DNA from: Selaginella moellendorffii | Lineage: Eukaryota; Plantae; Lycopodiophyta | NCBI RefSeq assembly: GCF_000143415.4 | Contig: NW_003314306.1 | Span: 838,897-902,896 of the forward strand | Length of the DNA: 64,000 nt | Direction: 5' to 3' | Shown: positions 47,912-61,736 of the stretch, piece by piece | How positions within the stretch are numbered: position 1 is the stretch's first letter | Layout of the letters: each line of letters opens with the position of its first letter | Translations under genes and position numbers: made by a program | The notes under the pieces: generated by a model | What the model saw: the letters and a program-made list of their open reading frames with translations, nothing else | The model's database searches: none | Told to the model about the DNA's origin: nothing

Positions 47912-50900
47912 TTTATATATAAAGCAGAGGCAACTTTAACCCCTCGGGGCAAAACAAAGTAGAACACGCCACCTTTTTAATTTCAAGGCTAATGTCATCT
48001 CCTCGGTAAGACCTTAAATTCAAAGCTGCGCATCCTCTCCTATTTGCTCGTACCGACTCGATCGAAGCTCTTTCATTATGAATCTAATATTTAAACGTAG
48101 TCGCAACCCGCAGAGTGCACAGAGAAAGAGCTGTACTGAGCACTGCAACTGTGATTTTGGGGAAAGCATCGACCCAGCGAGATCGATCGATTGCCGGGCT
48201 TGACTCCAGAAATCGTTTGCTGGAAAGCAAGCAGTGAATAATACGAGCCGCAAAAGAAGGTTACAGAGATGATCAAAGTCCACATTATTGACAGACTATG
48301 TGTGGACAAACAAACAATAGACTAGTAGCGCGCGAGGCGTTTGTGTCTTCGAAACCCACAACATCCTGGGACCTTGTAAACAAAGAAATTGCGTTTGGCT
48401 TGTGCAATAATAGGAGGGTCCCAAAGGCTTTTGTTTTTTGTCCTCCAAAGTCTAGCCACACTCAATCATGCCCCAAACCCTCGCGCTAAACAAAGGGTTT
48501 AAGGATTCGCCAAGCATGCGGTTTAGGAATTTGTTTGATTCCCCGCGAATAATCACCTGGACACGTGGCAGTCAAAGTTTAGTCTCTGGTAAAAAAGGGT
48601 AAAGCTCTCTGCCATTGAGTGTATGTGAGTGTGGTCACTTTGGTGGACTTTTGACTCCATTCTCGCCAGTTCTTTACTATATTAAACCCCCCTGCCATCT
48701 TTTTTTACAGGATCTTGGAAAACTCCGGAAGTTACCTCCCAGGAAAAAGATGTGGTCATTCGACAGGTGTCGGTGTACGTAACTGGGACAGGTGTCGCGC
48801 GACGACGGCGCAGGTACGTTTGGCCCAGACCTAGCCGCCGAGGCAATTTATGTGGACTGGCTGGTGTTGGTGGCAGCAGCAGCGACGTGACGTCCACGCC
48901 GCAGGGAAGAAGGCATTGCCCGTCAACTCAAGAAAATTAAGACATGGAAATCTAGGGCTACATTCTTTCCCTTCTTTAACGGCGGCTAGGCTTACGTGTG
49001 GCCTGACACTGACGGCCGGACGGCCTGGGGTGAAGTTTACCTGACTGACTGACGCACCGGCCTTGAGGGGCGTGCCCGTCAGGTGGGCTGAAACGTGTCC
49101 CCCGGGCCGGGGTAGGTCCGGACTCCGAATAGCAGGTCCGGCAGGAGAATATCCTCACGGTTGCATGATTGGGGTCGGGGATATTCCAGTTCTCCTGTGA
49201 CACTCAAAATTCTGTGTTGCTCTTCTTTTTTTTTTGTGAGGAAGGAGTTGTGCGTGTGTGGCGTGGGGGTAAAAACAAAACGAGCGACTCGCCACCTGCT
49301 AGATCGACACTCGTCCTCGTCAAAGCGAGGGCGTTTTTTTCTTTTTTTCCTGGGATTGTATGGTTGCCATTTGGTTTCCGTGGGGCATTTGGAGAGAATG
49401 AACCTTAAAAAGCCGAGGGTATAGAAATCCGATTTCCCAGAAAGAAAGAAAGAAAGCTTGTGCCAAAGGTGGCGGAGGTGGGGCCTTTACCCTAATAGAT
49501 CGAGGAGAGTGCAAGCTTTCAACCCATCCCCAATAATGCACGTAGCTTGTGTGGGCTCGCAAGCAACACTGAATGGATATATCATTGTCTCGGCAATTGT
49601 TGTGTGGCCTACAAAGTCGAGGACTTTGGGGGGTGCATGAGTGCTTGGAAAATCTTGGCACCCTAACGTCCCCATCGCATGCATTATTGATAGAGTGAGC
49701 CCTCCCGGCTTTATGGACGATTTTAGCCCTAATTTCTCCATCTTAACTTGAGTGGTCCGTCCAACCCCCAGGCCCCGCGATCAATCGTTGCTTGTCTCGT
49801 TCCTCTCTTGGATCAATCCTTGTCGTCACTGCCACGAGATCTCTCGAAATCTCTCTAGTCATTGAATGGTGGCGAGGAAAAGGAGCAACGAGAAACTATA
49901 TTATTGTCACTCGAAATCTTTGGGAATGTGGACGAGGCCCATTCAGACTTTAAAGGCATGAGAGAATTGAAATGCTTGCCTTTTTTCTTTTGCAGAAGAA
50001 TACGCTTTGTGGAGATACATGAATAAAGCCCAGTCCATACAAAATGTGCCAGTGATAACTACGCGATCGTCACTAGGGTGACAAGCAACCTCAGCACGCA
50101 AAAGGCCACTGTGTCTAGGGCCTTGTATCTCACGAAAAAGAATAGAAAACATTATAGCAGAAATCCCCAACGAAAAAGGAAAAGCAAAGAGAGGACGCGT
50201 AAGTGCACGGAGAAAAAAAGGAGGAAAAGCGCTAAATCATTAAAAAAAATTTGAGTATGGATCGTATGGTTCGTGAAATTCGACACCCGGCCAAAATTCA
50301 AACGCAAGAATATGCCAGAACTATTCTCCCCGTGGCAACCGTTGGATGTGTCACATCCCACGGTGCCTTGCCCGCCACGTTGCAGGCCCTCGTTATTTTA
50401 AGTCGGTTGTGTGTGTGGGTGTGCGTGTAAGACCCTGTCCTTGGAGTGGTCAGTGTAAAGCCAACACGAGAGGTCCGTTGTTCCGGAACGGGGGTGGAAG
50501 AGAGGAAGTTCTCCACTGTGGCGGCTTGAGAGGCTTCAAAGCGGGTGAAAATAGGCTAGAAAATTCGCAATCTACTGTGGCTTTGAGTGGAAGAAGCGCT
50601 CCTCTAGGGTTTCTTTTCCTTATTTTTCTTTTCGGCTGCCCGTTGTTCTTCGTGCCAGGCGCCGTTTGCGAGGCGATCGAGCCCTGCCGGACGAAGTATT
50701 GCATCATCGCAACAGCAAACCGCTCCAGGCATCGCCGATCGAGTGAAAAAGAAGCATCGCGAGGGCGTAATATCTGTCTCGTCCTCTTCTGCCCTGTTGC
50801 CGTGTGATTCTCGGTGGGAGCGGCTCAGTGGGGGAAATTTTCCTTTTCTCCAGTGCCTCGATCCCAGTGCCGCCGCTTGCTCTATAAATCCGAGGGCCGA

Positions 50901-51903
50901 TCCCTTCTCTGGGCATTGCCGGTGCTGATCGATCGCCGCCGCCTCATGCAGCAGAGGTAAGGCGATTTCCCTCCCTTGCCTTTTCTTTGTTCTTGCGGGT
51001 CAATCAATGTGTGCGTGGAGCTGACCTGCATTTGTGGCATTCGATTGATTCCCTGCTGCTTGCGCCGTGAATTTTGGGGGCTGCGCTGCGTGTGTCGACT
51101 CCTCCCTTCTCTGGCATTTCGAGCGCGTCGATAGATCCAATGGAATGTATCTTGTTCTTACTTTTCTTCCATAATCTCCGGGGGGCTGTGTGTGGTCGCC
51201 TACTGCGATTCGATTGTTTCTTTCGTCTCTCCTTCTAACCGGATGCCTGGAAAATTCTTTGTGTAGGCCGACGGAGTGCAAGGACCCCGCGAGCTTGTGA
51301 AATTGTGTCGCCAAGAAAAGGTCTACGCTCTCTCCCTCCTCTATTCTCTGTGTAGTTGTCAAGGGATCACTGTTCTATCACTTTTCTGTTCCTGATATAT
51401 TGCAATGCTGTGAGTGAGTGAGCTCTCTGCAAATTCCTGCGTCGGGTCGTGCGCGTGGTCATGGCTTTTGTTTGTGGATTGAAACCTTTTTTTTTCTTGG
51501 CGGGAGAGCAAAGGTGCGAGCATAATTAGCTAGCGCATTAATGTTTGCAAAAGAGTCGCTTCTTTGGCGATGTGTTCGAGAGCGAGAGAGACACAGAGAG
51601 AGAGAGAGAGAGAGGAGGGGGGAGGAAGCTCCATTTTTACAATGTTATAGCTATTGACTTTGGGTTGATCGATTTTTGCAGCACAGCGGCAGCAGCTGGA
51701 ACTTGGCTAAGGCGGGGCAGGCAGGCCGAATTTGACTAAAACTCTTTTTTTACTCGGCGCTTCGTATCGCTCCTCCCCGTATCTCGAGTTTTCACGTGCT
51801 GCATCAAAGGGGGCTCGTGGAAAGAGCCGTTCTAGAAACTTTGGTGATCCTTTTGGCTTGCAACTTGCAAGGCTTTGGACCAACCAGAGAGGATCTCATC
51901 CTG

Positions 51904-52185
51904 ATGGCCGTCAGCTCCAAGCGCAGCAACGCAATGCTCGCGGATCCCGGTGCGGCCTTCACCTCCAAGTTCTCGGACATGCCAGACTCGTCGCTCTCGC
52001 TACTGGGTTCCAGCTCCAGCCTCTTCCCGTATTGCAGCAGCTCGGCTCCCTTCGCGGCCACGCAGCAGAGAATTGGTGCATGCCGGTACGAGAACGGGAG
52101 GATCAGCAGCTGGATCGAAGCGATGCGTGCGTCCTCGCCTTCTCGAGGCGCGCCGGTCAAGGACGAGCAGAGCAACAACGTCAAT

Positions 52186-52222
<37 letters not shown>

Positions 52223-54085
52223 TCAGCAGCAGCAATCACTTGAAGCACGTCACCGCCGAGAGCCCCTACGCCGAGTGGCTGGTTAGTAGACTAACGAGTT
52301 CAAGTCTTTGCGTCTTTTTCCATATTTCTTGTGTTTATGGGGGGATACATACACAGTGCATTGACATTGAATTTGTTTGTATTCCAGGAAGGCCATCCCT
52401 CCGCCCTGGACTCTTTTGGCAACATGATGGAGGGAGCGAAAAAGAAAAAGGTTGCTATTTTCTTGGATTACGACGGTACACTGTCTCCAATCGTTGAGAA
52501 TCCGGAGCAGGCGTTCATGTCGGACGAGGTGAATATTTTTTGGTGGTGTTGGGAGACTGACTTTGCTCCCTACTTGATACGCAGATGCGAGCGGCTGTGA
52601 AGCAGGTTGCGCTGCGCTTTCCAACTGCAATAATAAGCGGAAGGGGAAGAGACAAGGTAGCTTTTGCTCTTGCTTGGCGTGGTGGTGTGTTCTTCCCCCT
52701 TGATTTTTCCCCCTTGTTTCTTTTGTTTTCTTTTTTCTTTTTTTTTTCTTCTTTTTTTTTCCTCACTGATTTTCGGGACACAAATACGTGCAGGTTAAAA
52801 ATTTTGTGCAACTCTCTGAGCTCTATTATGCAGGTAGTCATGGCATGGACATTATGGGTCCAGCCGATGCCTGCGATGGAGTCACAGTTGAGGGAACGCG
52901 AGGCAAAGATGAGAATGTTTGTACCTCCATGCTCTTCACTATTTTGTTCTCGCTTCGACTTTGCTCTCGGGTGTGTAATGTGGCTTTTCTTTTGTCCGTG
53001 TTACAGGGGAATGATGTCGTTTTGTTTCAACCCGCGGCCGAGTTCCTGCCGATGATGAACGAGGTATACTCCCTGCTTCCAAACTTGACTCCTGTGCTGT
53101 TTTGCGTTGCCACGACTTTTATGTACTGAGCTCATAAGTACTGTGCCAAAAAAAAAAACCTTTGAATGTTCGGACTCGACTGATGAACTGTTTGTTCGCC
53201 TGTCTCAGGTGTTTGGCCTCTTGTTGGAGAGGACACAAGCAATTCAAGGGGCAAGCGTGGAGAACAACACCTTCTGCATCACAATTCACTTCCGGAGAGT
53301 CGAAGAAAAGGTACCATATTTTTAATTTAATTTAATTTTCCTGTTTGGGGTTTCGAGTGTTGACCGTGCCTGTGGAAGCAGAGCTGGCACCTGTTGGCAG
53401 AGAAAGTGCAGGATGTCTTGAAAGACTACCCAAAGCTGCGGCTGACTCAGGGCCGTAAGGTATGTGGCTTTGCCGTCGTTGACCCGTCGCCTCATTGTAC
53501 GCTCGCTGTGATGCAGGTGCTAGAGGTTCGGCCTTGCGTAGAGTGGGACAAGGGCAAGGCGGTCGAATATCTGCTTCGCTTGTTAGGTACTCCATTTTGT
53601 TTGCAAGGCGGAGATTTTTGTACTGACCGGAGGCTAATCTCTGCTTGTGCCTCCCGGCTCACAGGACTCGAGGACTCTGATTCTTTACCAATATACGTTG
53701 GCGATGATACGACTGATGAAGACGCGTTTAATGTGAGCTTTCCTTCTTTCTCTCCCTCCACCACAAGTTTTTTGCGTCAAACCTTGTGAAGTTCCTTCCC
53801 AAGAGCTGTGTAAGGACTAACGTCGCTCTCTTTGTCTGTTTGGCGCGTGTGAAGGTTTTTAAGAACCGTAAGATTGGATGTGGTGTGCTAGTCACCCGCG
53901 GGCCAAAGGCTACGAGCGCGTCGTATTCGCTTCGTGATCCACCCGAGGTAAGACTTTCTGGTGAAAGTGAAGAGTCCTCCTGACTCTGGCGGTGTTATTT
54001 TTCTTCGCAGGTGATGAAGTTCCTCCATGCTCTGGTTAATTGGAGCTCATCTCTATCTACTGCTACTACTTCTACGACCCAGTAA
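51904..54085 (+). CDS. TPP: Trehalose-6-phosphate phosphatase, multi-exon
   Basis: [55 protein letters not shown]; last exon [11 protein letters not shown]...TQ*. Confidence 0.93.
52186..52233 (+). repeat. (AGC)n microsatellite encoding poly-Ser in TPP
   Basis: Direct reading. Confidence 0.85.
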
Positions 54086-54654
54086 CGAGGCGGGGAGAGG
54101 AGCTCCAGTGTCTCTTGCTCGCGCGAGCGCCGCATCAAAGTCGTCGTAGCATCGCATCGAATCGGATCGATGATGATCTCTCTCCTTACGGATCGTTCCA
54201 GGTACTGCTCTTAAGAACCGGTTTAGTGTCACCACCATAACGCGACGAGACGAAACAAGCTGTACAGTGAGTAATTGTCAAGCCAGCAGCGGAGAAAGGA
54301 TTCTTTTCCTTCTTGTTCGACGAGTGAGGAGATTTTATGGGCCGAGAAATCGAAGATGGTCCCATTTTCAGAGATGAAAAAAAAAAAGAAGAAAAGAACT
54401 GCTGCTTAAATTTGTCTTGGAATTAATGCAATCGTTGAGAATGAAGATGAGGCTGTCTTAAACTTGTTATATCAAAATATTGTTGGTTTGTTCTACCATA
54501 TATGCAATATGACTAATCTTGTGTTTATAATTATAAATTTCTAATTGATCAATTGGATTAATAACGCTATTAGTTTTTATACAATGCCAATCGTTTGACA
54601 AGGTTTGTGATTGTCCACGAGAAAAAGCAAAGGAACTTTGTGTGGTTTCTCGAG

Positions 54655-55529
54655 TTATATGTAACAAGCCAGCCTCTCTTTCACTCTCTTGACCACGCCC
54701 TTGGGCTCGTACTCTTCCGGAAGCTCGCCAATGACGATCATGTTTTGGACGCGATCCACGATCTCAGCGAGCCTTCGCTTCTTGTCCTCCTCGATCTCGG
54801 CCTTCACCTATGGAAGAAGAAGAAGAAGACGCGATCAAATCAAAGAAAAACCAGACCAATCTTGTGACCTTCTAGTATCGTCGTTGTAGTTCTTAAAATC
54901 TAACGGGAGTATAAGCTTACCCGTTCGGCTCTGGTAAGAGCGTCGGCGATGGCTTTCTCCGTTTGCTCGTGCGCGTGTGATCTAATCTTGTGCGAGTCCT
55001 GGCGCGCCCTGGCGAGAAGCTTGTCCGCGCGGACCTAGAAGATCGATCGATCCATCGTTAGAACTTAAAACTCCACGTAAATTTTACAAAAATGGTGAGG
55101 TAGCAAGAACAAGAAACCACGGCCATGGCGGAATCCAAGATCCAGCAAGAAAGCGAGCAGAATTCCACAAATATCGCGCGCGCGCGCGCGCTAGCGGCGA
55201 AAGAATCGAAAGCCTCGGCCTACCTCGGCGGCGTGGACGACGTGATCCGCGCGCTGCTCCTCGCGCTTGCGACCCTCGAGGGCGCGCTGCTCCTCCTGCA
55301 TCCGCTGCCGCTCCGCCTTGTCCTGCATCCTCTGCGCCCTGGCCTCGACCTTCCTGGTGGCGGCATCCAGATACGCTTGCGCCTCCGCCTCCACGCGGCC
55401 CCGGTGCGCCTCCGCGATGGCCTCGGCCCTCTGATTCACCGCCTTGGTGAGCGATGCCGCCGCCGGGCTAGCGCTGCCGCCATTCTGGAGGATGAGCTGC
55501 CCGCCCGGGGGCGCGGCCGTGGGAGCCAT
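54655..55529 (-). CDS. Remorin-like coiled-coil protein, 3 exons
   Basis: Charged heptad helix (..KAIADALTRAERVKAEIEEDKKRRLAEI..) with a C-terminal ACYI*; GT-AG introns keep frame. Confidence 0.6.
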
Positions 55530-57651
55530 CGCCAGGATCTTCTTGTTCCCCCCCAAGGGTTTAAAGAAACGGATATTCTTTAATATCCGACCGCCAAAAT
55601 CTTTCAAATCAAACCTAAGGTTTTAAAGAATATGGTTTGCTAAGCATAGGGTTGTTAGAAACAAATGGATAATTGAGAAATCTTTGATAGAATTGACCCC
55701 CGAACAGCACTAGATTTGGTCGACTTTGAAAAAATGCGCAAAAAAAAAGGCCCACGTTGACATCTTTCGGAGAGAAATCGCTACCTTCTTTCAGGCACAA
55801 AGTCGTTATGTCAAACATAATTAAAGCCTTTGGATCGTATCAGAGCTCTCGCTTGTCAAAGTCTCAACTCCCAGTTGAGCTCCGGGAAAAAGAGAGCCAT
55901 TCCAGATACCAATTTCTCTCCATACCCGTATGAAATCCCTGGACCAAGTGGAATTCTTCATCTCCACTGGAGAATCATTTACAAAACCCAAGATGGTACG
56001 CCCACAGTTTGATTCCACACCGAAAGAAAAAGGTGCTCATCAAAAGAACTTGGCTGGTTTTTGACATATTCGCTGTAATCTCCTTGTCCTGGATGGAGAA
56101 CACACCGCTGTGAATCTGGAATCTGGATCAATCTGGGTTTCCAAAACAATCATTGACATATTCCGATCTTCGGTTCTCCTTTTGATCCAGAAGAAGATCA
56201 GAACTTCCAGTCCCGCGACTCAAACTTTGGTGGTGGTGATTGAGCTCTGGTGGTGGTGATTGATGTTGTATGCCTCTCGAAAAGATTGCAAGACAAATGA
56301 TAGAGCTTGCTTGCTCGCTCGTTTGATTCTATTCGCAACACTTCCTTTTTCTCCTCGCGCAAGTTGTTTCATAGCTGGTGAACATTAAATTGTGAAGAAA
56401 ACATGCCGGCCAGACAGAGCGAAAGCTAAAAAGCCACATTGTTCTTCCCCCGTGCAAATCTTCCAATCCCAACAAATTGGTGTCGCAAGATCGCCAAAGA
56501 AACGATCACGATCGATGAAGCGGGTTATACCACCATCTTACGGCGGCATCTTTTCCGTGCCCTGCCTGCCACTGGGGGCTTCGATATCGTACTCGTGATC
56601 TCGCGCGTACGGGAAAGAACTCCACCCATATGCAACCGCGATCAATCAGTTCTGGAACACTTCCATAAAACTTAAGCTTGAGTTTAGCTATGGAGATGGA
56701 TTATCTCGAAGTTTTCTCACGCCACGAAAGCTTCCAGGTTTCCAGAGAGGTAATTTCTCCCGACAACTGGGAACCTGCCCGGAAGCCTTTTGATCGTGTC
56801 TTGGCTTGTTTTTATCAGAGCAAACTTTGATAACTCGCTCGCTCACGCTCGCGACACACACTGATCCACGAATAAACAAGTCGTTTCTTTAAACAAGTCT
56901 TCTTTCTCTCTCGGGCCCTCTTTGCGGCCCAACAGCCGCTACAACGATCCAGCAACCATATACATATCTCGAGATTATTCTTTATATTCCCTCGAGGAAT
57001 AATCTTCCCGGCTCCCTGACGAAACAACCAGTGACGCGTTGTTTACAACTGCCTGTGACGCTTGGGCCATTTGCCTCGATCGTTTTCTATGGTTTTGGCT
57101 TTTGTTGGTATACGAGTTGATCGACGTATCGATCGCCCAAATGCGAAGATCATCCATTCCTTCCATCCAGATAGAGATGGCGGCTTTGAAAAACCCAAGT
57201 CAATTAGCCGAAACCCAGGACGTGGAGTTAACATCACGTAGGATCTTTGGGACCTTTTGGAAACATTGGTTTTGGCGTGGTTTTCTTCTTCGCTCCAAAG
57301 TCAGAGTCTGTGCCAAGATATTCGTACGGATGGCGCGTGTGTACGGATAACTGTTATTCCCCTGCGTTGGATCCGGCCAGCCGACGGTCCAGATGCGTCG
57401 CCCCGGGCTTGAAAAGCTCTCCCGGTTTGGCTGGAGCGCTGGCATTGATAGAGCTTTGATCGAATCGAGCAATCGCTCCTCTTTTATCTTTTTCTCAATT
57501 TTTTTTTTCTTCTCCCGATCGAGTCGCCGCGGATCATTTTCCCTGACCAGTTCGCTCGCTCCGCCCCGGGAAAATGTGACCAACAGGAGGAAGAAGAAGA
57601 AGAGATTGATTAGGTCTGTAGCGCCGCGATCGCCGATCGATCGACTAGGAA

Positions 57652-60176
57652 ATGTCCCAAGAGGATGAAGCCCAATGTGACAGTTTGAAACGATCGCCGC
57701 CACGGCCACCACCACCACCGCTAGCGCCACTGCCAGAGAATTCCTCCAGCGCCACCACCACCACCACCGCGCACGGCTACCCAATTGACCAATTCCTCCA
57801 GCAGCACGAGATTGTCCGATCGAGCGCCACCACTCCCCTGCGATTGCTACTCTCGCGACTCCGGTGGGGGATCATCAGGCCACCATTCCCCGCCAGCGCC
57901 TTCTCGATCGATGGCGATGAGGAGGAGAGGATCAAGAGGAGTAGTAGCAAGGAGAGAGGAAGATCATACGTGCTGCTGCCGCGGTGGATTTCCAGCCGCC
58001 TCACCTTCTACCGCCTCCACCTCGCGTACTTCGTCACCATCGCCTGGGTCGCATCGATCTGCCTGTGGCTTTTCCCCAAGAGCGATCGCGCCGGGGCGGA
58101 CAAGCTGGACTTCATCGACTGCGTCTACAATGCCGTGTCCTCGGTGTGTACCACGGGCCTCATCAGCGTCCGGATGACCAGCTTCTCGCTGCCGGACAAC
58201 ATCCTCATCATGATCCTCTTCACGCTGGGCAGCCCGATCTTCACGTCGGTGCTGCCACTCTACATCCGCCTCTTCCAGTTCCGCAAGAACATCGTGGAGA
58301 TCGAGCACCACCTCGGGCAGCCCGAGGTGGCGGCGGCAGCGGAGCCGGAGTCCGAGGGCGAGCCCGAAGCCAAGTCCGAGATCGAGTCCGTGGTGTCCGA
58401 GATGGAGGCCGAGGTGGTGCCCGAGGTGGTCGGGCACCGGATCATCACGCGGCGGCGCTCCGCCAAGAACATCCACGCCGCCAACGCCGTGACCAAGCTC
58501 CGTGACGCGCTGGCCACCATGCGGCTGGAGCACGACGCGCTCGTCTCGCTCAATTGGGTCGTCTCGATCTACTTCGTGGTGTGGACGATCCTGGGCTTCC
58601 TGGTGCTCGAGATCCTGCTCCAGTGCTCCGCTAAGGACATGGCGGTGCTGGAGCAAAGGTCTGTCAACCATCTCTTCTTCTCGCTCTTCGCATCAATCTC
58701 CACCTTCACGAACTCGGGGATATTGCCGCTCGACGATAGTATAGCCGCGTTCCGGGAGAACAACGGGATCCTTCTCTGGCTCTCGATCTTGATCCTGGTC
58801 GGGAACACCCTCTTCGCGCCCTGCCTCCGCACCACCATCTGGTGCCTCAAATCGCTCAGCGCCACCCCGGCCAGGAGAGCGATCTACGACTATCTTCTCA
58901 AGAATCCTCGGCGCTGCTTCACTCATCTCTTCCCCAGGAATCAAACCATCTGGCTCGTCGTCACCGTCATGGGATTCAATGCCTTCGAGAGCGCCTTCTT
59001 CTACATTCTCAGCTGGCGGTCGCAAGCGCTCGATGGCTTGACCACGCCGCAGAAGCTCGTCAACGGGATCTTCCAGTCCATCACAACGCGCAGCGCCGGC
59101 GAGAACGTCGTCTCCATCTCCGCGCTCTCGCCATCCATGCTAGTCCTTTACATTGCCATGATGTGAGTGGAACTCTCTCCATTTCCCCTTCGTTTTGTTC
59201 CTTGCAGCAAATGCCCAAGGGTGGCATTTTGTTTTGTCTTTTGGGTCTTTTTTAACGCGACGCTTTTGGCTTTGCAGGTACATTGCGGTGTATCCCGTCT
59301 ATCTCTCTCGCCAAAACTCGCAAGCCCAAGACGAGAGCGTGGAGAAAACTAGCAAAAAGATCCAAGACCACGGCAAAAAAAAGAAGAAGAAGAAGAAAGG
59401 TGATTTCTCCATAGCCAGCCAGTCCAAGCGGCTGATAGCTACCGACACGGCCTATCTCTTCATCTCGATCTTCGTGCTGTGCATCATCGAGAACCGAAAG
59501 ATCAACGATGATCCACTCAACTTTTCCATCTTCAACATCATCTTCGAGGTCATAAGGTGGGTTTTTTTTTTTTAAAACTTTTTGGCAAACAAAGTTCGTG
59601 ACTTCCTCTCTCACGGGAATTGGGAGCTCCACGGGCTTTGTTTCTAGTGGCCACGCCTATTGAAAGCTCTGGTTCTCTATCTAACTCCTTTATCCTTTGT
59701 TTTTTCTCTTTTTTTCTCTGTGCAGTGCTTATGGCAACGTCGGTTTGTCACTGGGCTACAGTTGCTCCCTGTTGCGAAAGCTGACTTCGTTTAGCTCCGA
59801 CACATCGTGTGAAGATGTGCCTTACAGTTTCTCTGGCACCTGGAGCGTCCCGGGCAAGCTCCTCATGATCGTCATCATGTTTCTTGGCAGGCACCGTGGG
59901 CTACCCGATAACATGGACTCTGCCTTGCAAATCCCAAAGAGTTTCTTCACCACCACCAAGCGCGACCAAAACTATCAGCACCACCACGAAAATGGTATCA
60001 GCTTGGACCATCAACCCGTGGAGATCCACCCCGAGTACGTGGTGGAGATTCCGGCAGCCATGGATTTCTCGGTCGTGGAGATTGATGGCGATCAAGCTCG
60101 TCAGCAATGCTCTTGCGGGCCGGATCATCCCGACCGGTTGGAGCTTCAAAAGCTGGACCGGTTTCCAGTCGTGTGA
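57652..60176 (+). CDS. HKT: HKT/Trk-family cation transporter, 3 exons
   Basis: Four pore loops: [30 protein letters not shown]; [10 protein letters not shown]. Confidence 0.93.
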
Positions 60177-60471
60177 GGACTGCGATGCGCCTCAATAATG
60201 GACACGACCGGCTGTTTGTGGATTTGAGGAGGTGAGGAGGACTCTACCAAGGGAGAAAGATGGCGACCAGGAAGGAAAGAAAGAAAAAAACAATTTTGCT
60301 TCGAAAGGATCGATGCTGTTCTTCCGGGACGCTTTCCTCGACTCCACAGCCCGTTGACGGCGACTTCCAACACTTGCAAGAAACTCTGCAGTGATAAGAA
60401 AGCCGGGACAAGTTGACGACTTTGAAGAGATGGTCAGTCGTAATAGTTTCTCTCGCTCACTTATATAAGCA

Positions 60472-60474
<3 letters not shown>

Positions 60475-60505
<31 letters not shown>
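60475..60505. repeat. (GA)n microsatellite
   Basis: Direct reading. Confidence 0.9.
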
Positions 60506-60510
<5 letters not shown>

Positions 60511-61736
60511 TAGATACAATTTGGGACAAGGGATCGAGAAAACTTCCTTCTTTTTTGGGCGCTTCTGGCCTGGCCTGCGTCTCTCGACAAAGACGTGTGC
60601 GTAACATGGCAGCAGGGCCCTTCCTTCTATCTTTTCGGTGGCTCCAGTGGGATGGAGACGATGACTCGAAAGTGGACGAGTCACGACATTGTCAAAATGT
60701 CTTGACAACGAAAAAAAGGACTTTTTTATAGATTTTTTACGTTTCTGGTTGCTACTGCTGCTCTACTGCTGCTACTGCTGCCGGAATCACTAGAAATGCG
60801 TTTTGTGGTCTCGAAAACTCAAGAAATCTTGGTGCCAGGAGAGTTATAGCCAGGTTGAGCGAGTACGGGAGAGACACCGAGGAACGTCCTAATCTATCGG
60901 GGGTCCCTTTGTTGACCACCGTCCAGAGCCGAAAAATCTCTAGTAGACATTGAAAAAAATAAAAAAATTCGTGAAGAAGCTTCACACACAGAGACCACCT
61001 TCCATTTGGCTTGGAGCCTGGAAGTAGGACGTAGACACGAAAGGAAGAAGGTTGAGAGTGGAGCAGCGAAACGAGAACACGCAAATGCGAAGGAAGAAAC
61101 AAACATATATCAGCGTGTACGGGCCGCACGAATTTCTTATGCTTGCCAAATGGATGGATTGGAAACAAGCACTATTTACACGCGGCTCTCCGCGCTACCT
61201 GAAAGTTCCTCCACAAAAAGGGAGAAAATTATAAAGCAGTAATTCAACTCCAACTTTGCCTCCAATGGCGGCTGTGCGTGGAAGTCAGTGCTCCAGGCTT
61301 TACGCAAGAGCAAACACCACGAACTCAACGTGTTTGAAGCACAAAATGATCGAATCGTTTTGTGCACGAGAGAAGAGTAAGAGCTATATGGGAGCCTCAA
61401 GAGTTTAGACTTGAACGCCCAAGCCAAGGCTTTTGATCTTTCCGTTCTTCCACTGCTCACAAAGACAGTTGCAAAAAAAGTAGATCACATTTAAATTTTA
61501 TTAAATAGAACTTTCCTTCTTTTATCTGCAAAAAGTCAAATTAAAAACAAAAATAGCAGTTTGACTGAAACCAGGTGCAAAACCAACATTGGAATCATCT
61601 TCCCAGATGGATTTTAGCTTGGGAGGGCTGCTTGTAAATACGTTTCCCAAAGGTTGGTTTCTTCGCCACCTTTCGCAAGTTTGACATAGAGCAGTAGCGA
61701 GGGCGCGAAGAACCCTAGGTAAGTTTTTTGGTTTTC

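Noticed and set aside
47950-50850. Short ORFs upstream of TPP
   Set aside because: No recognisable motifs or coherent exon chain; likely intergenic or promoter DNA.
57964-59632. Long antisense ORFs over HKT (also over NPF, kinase and TPP)
   Set aside because: Expected shadows of GC3-rich coding sequence.
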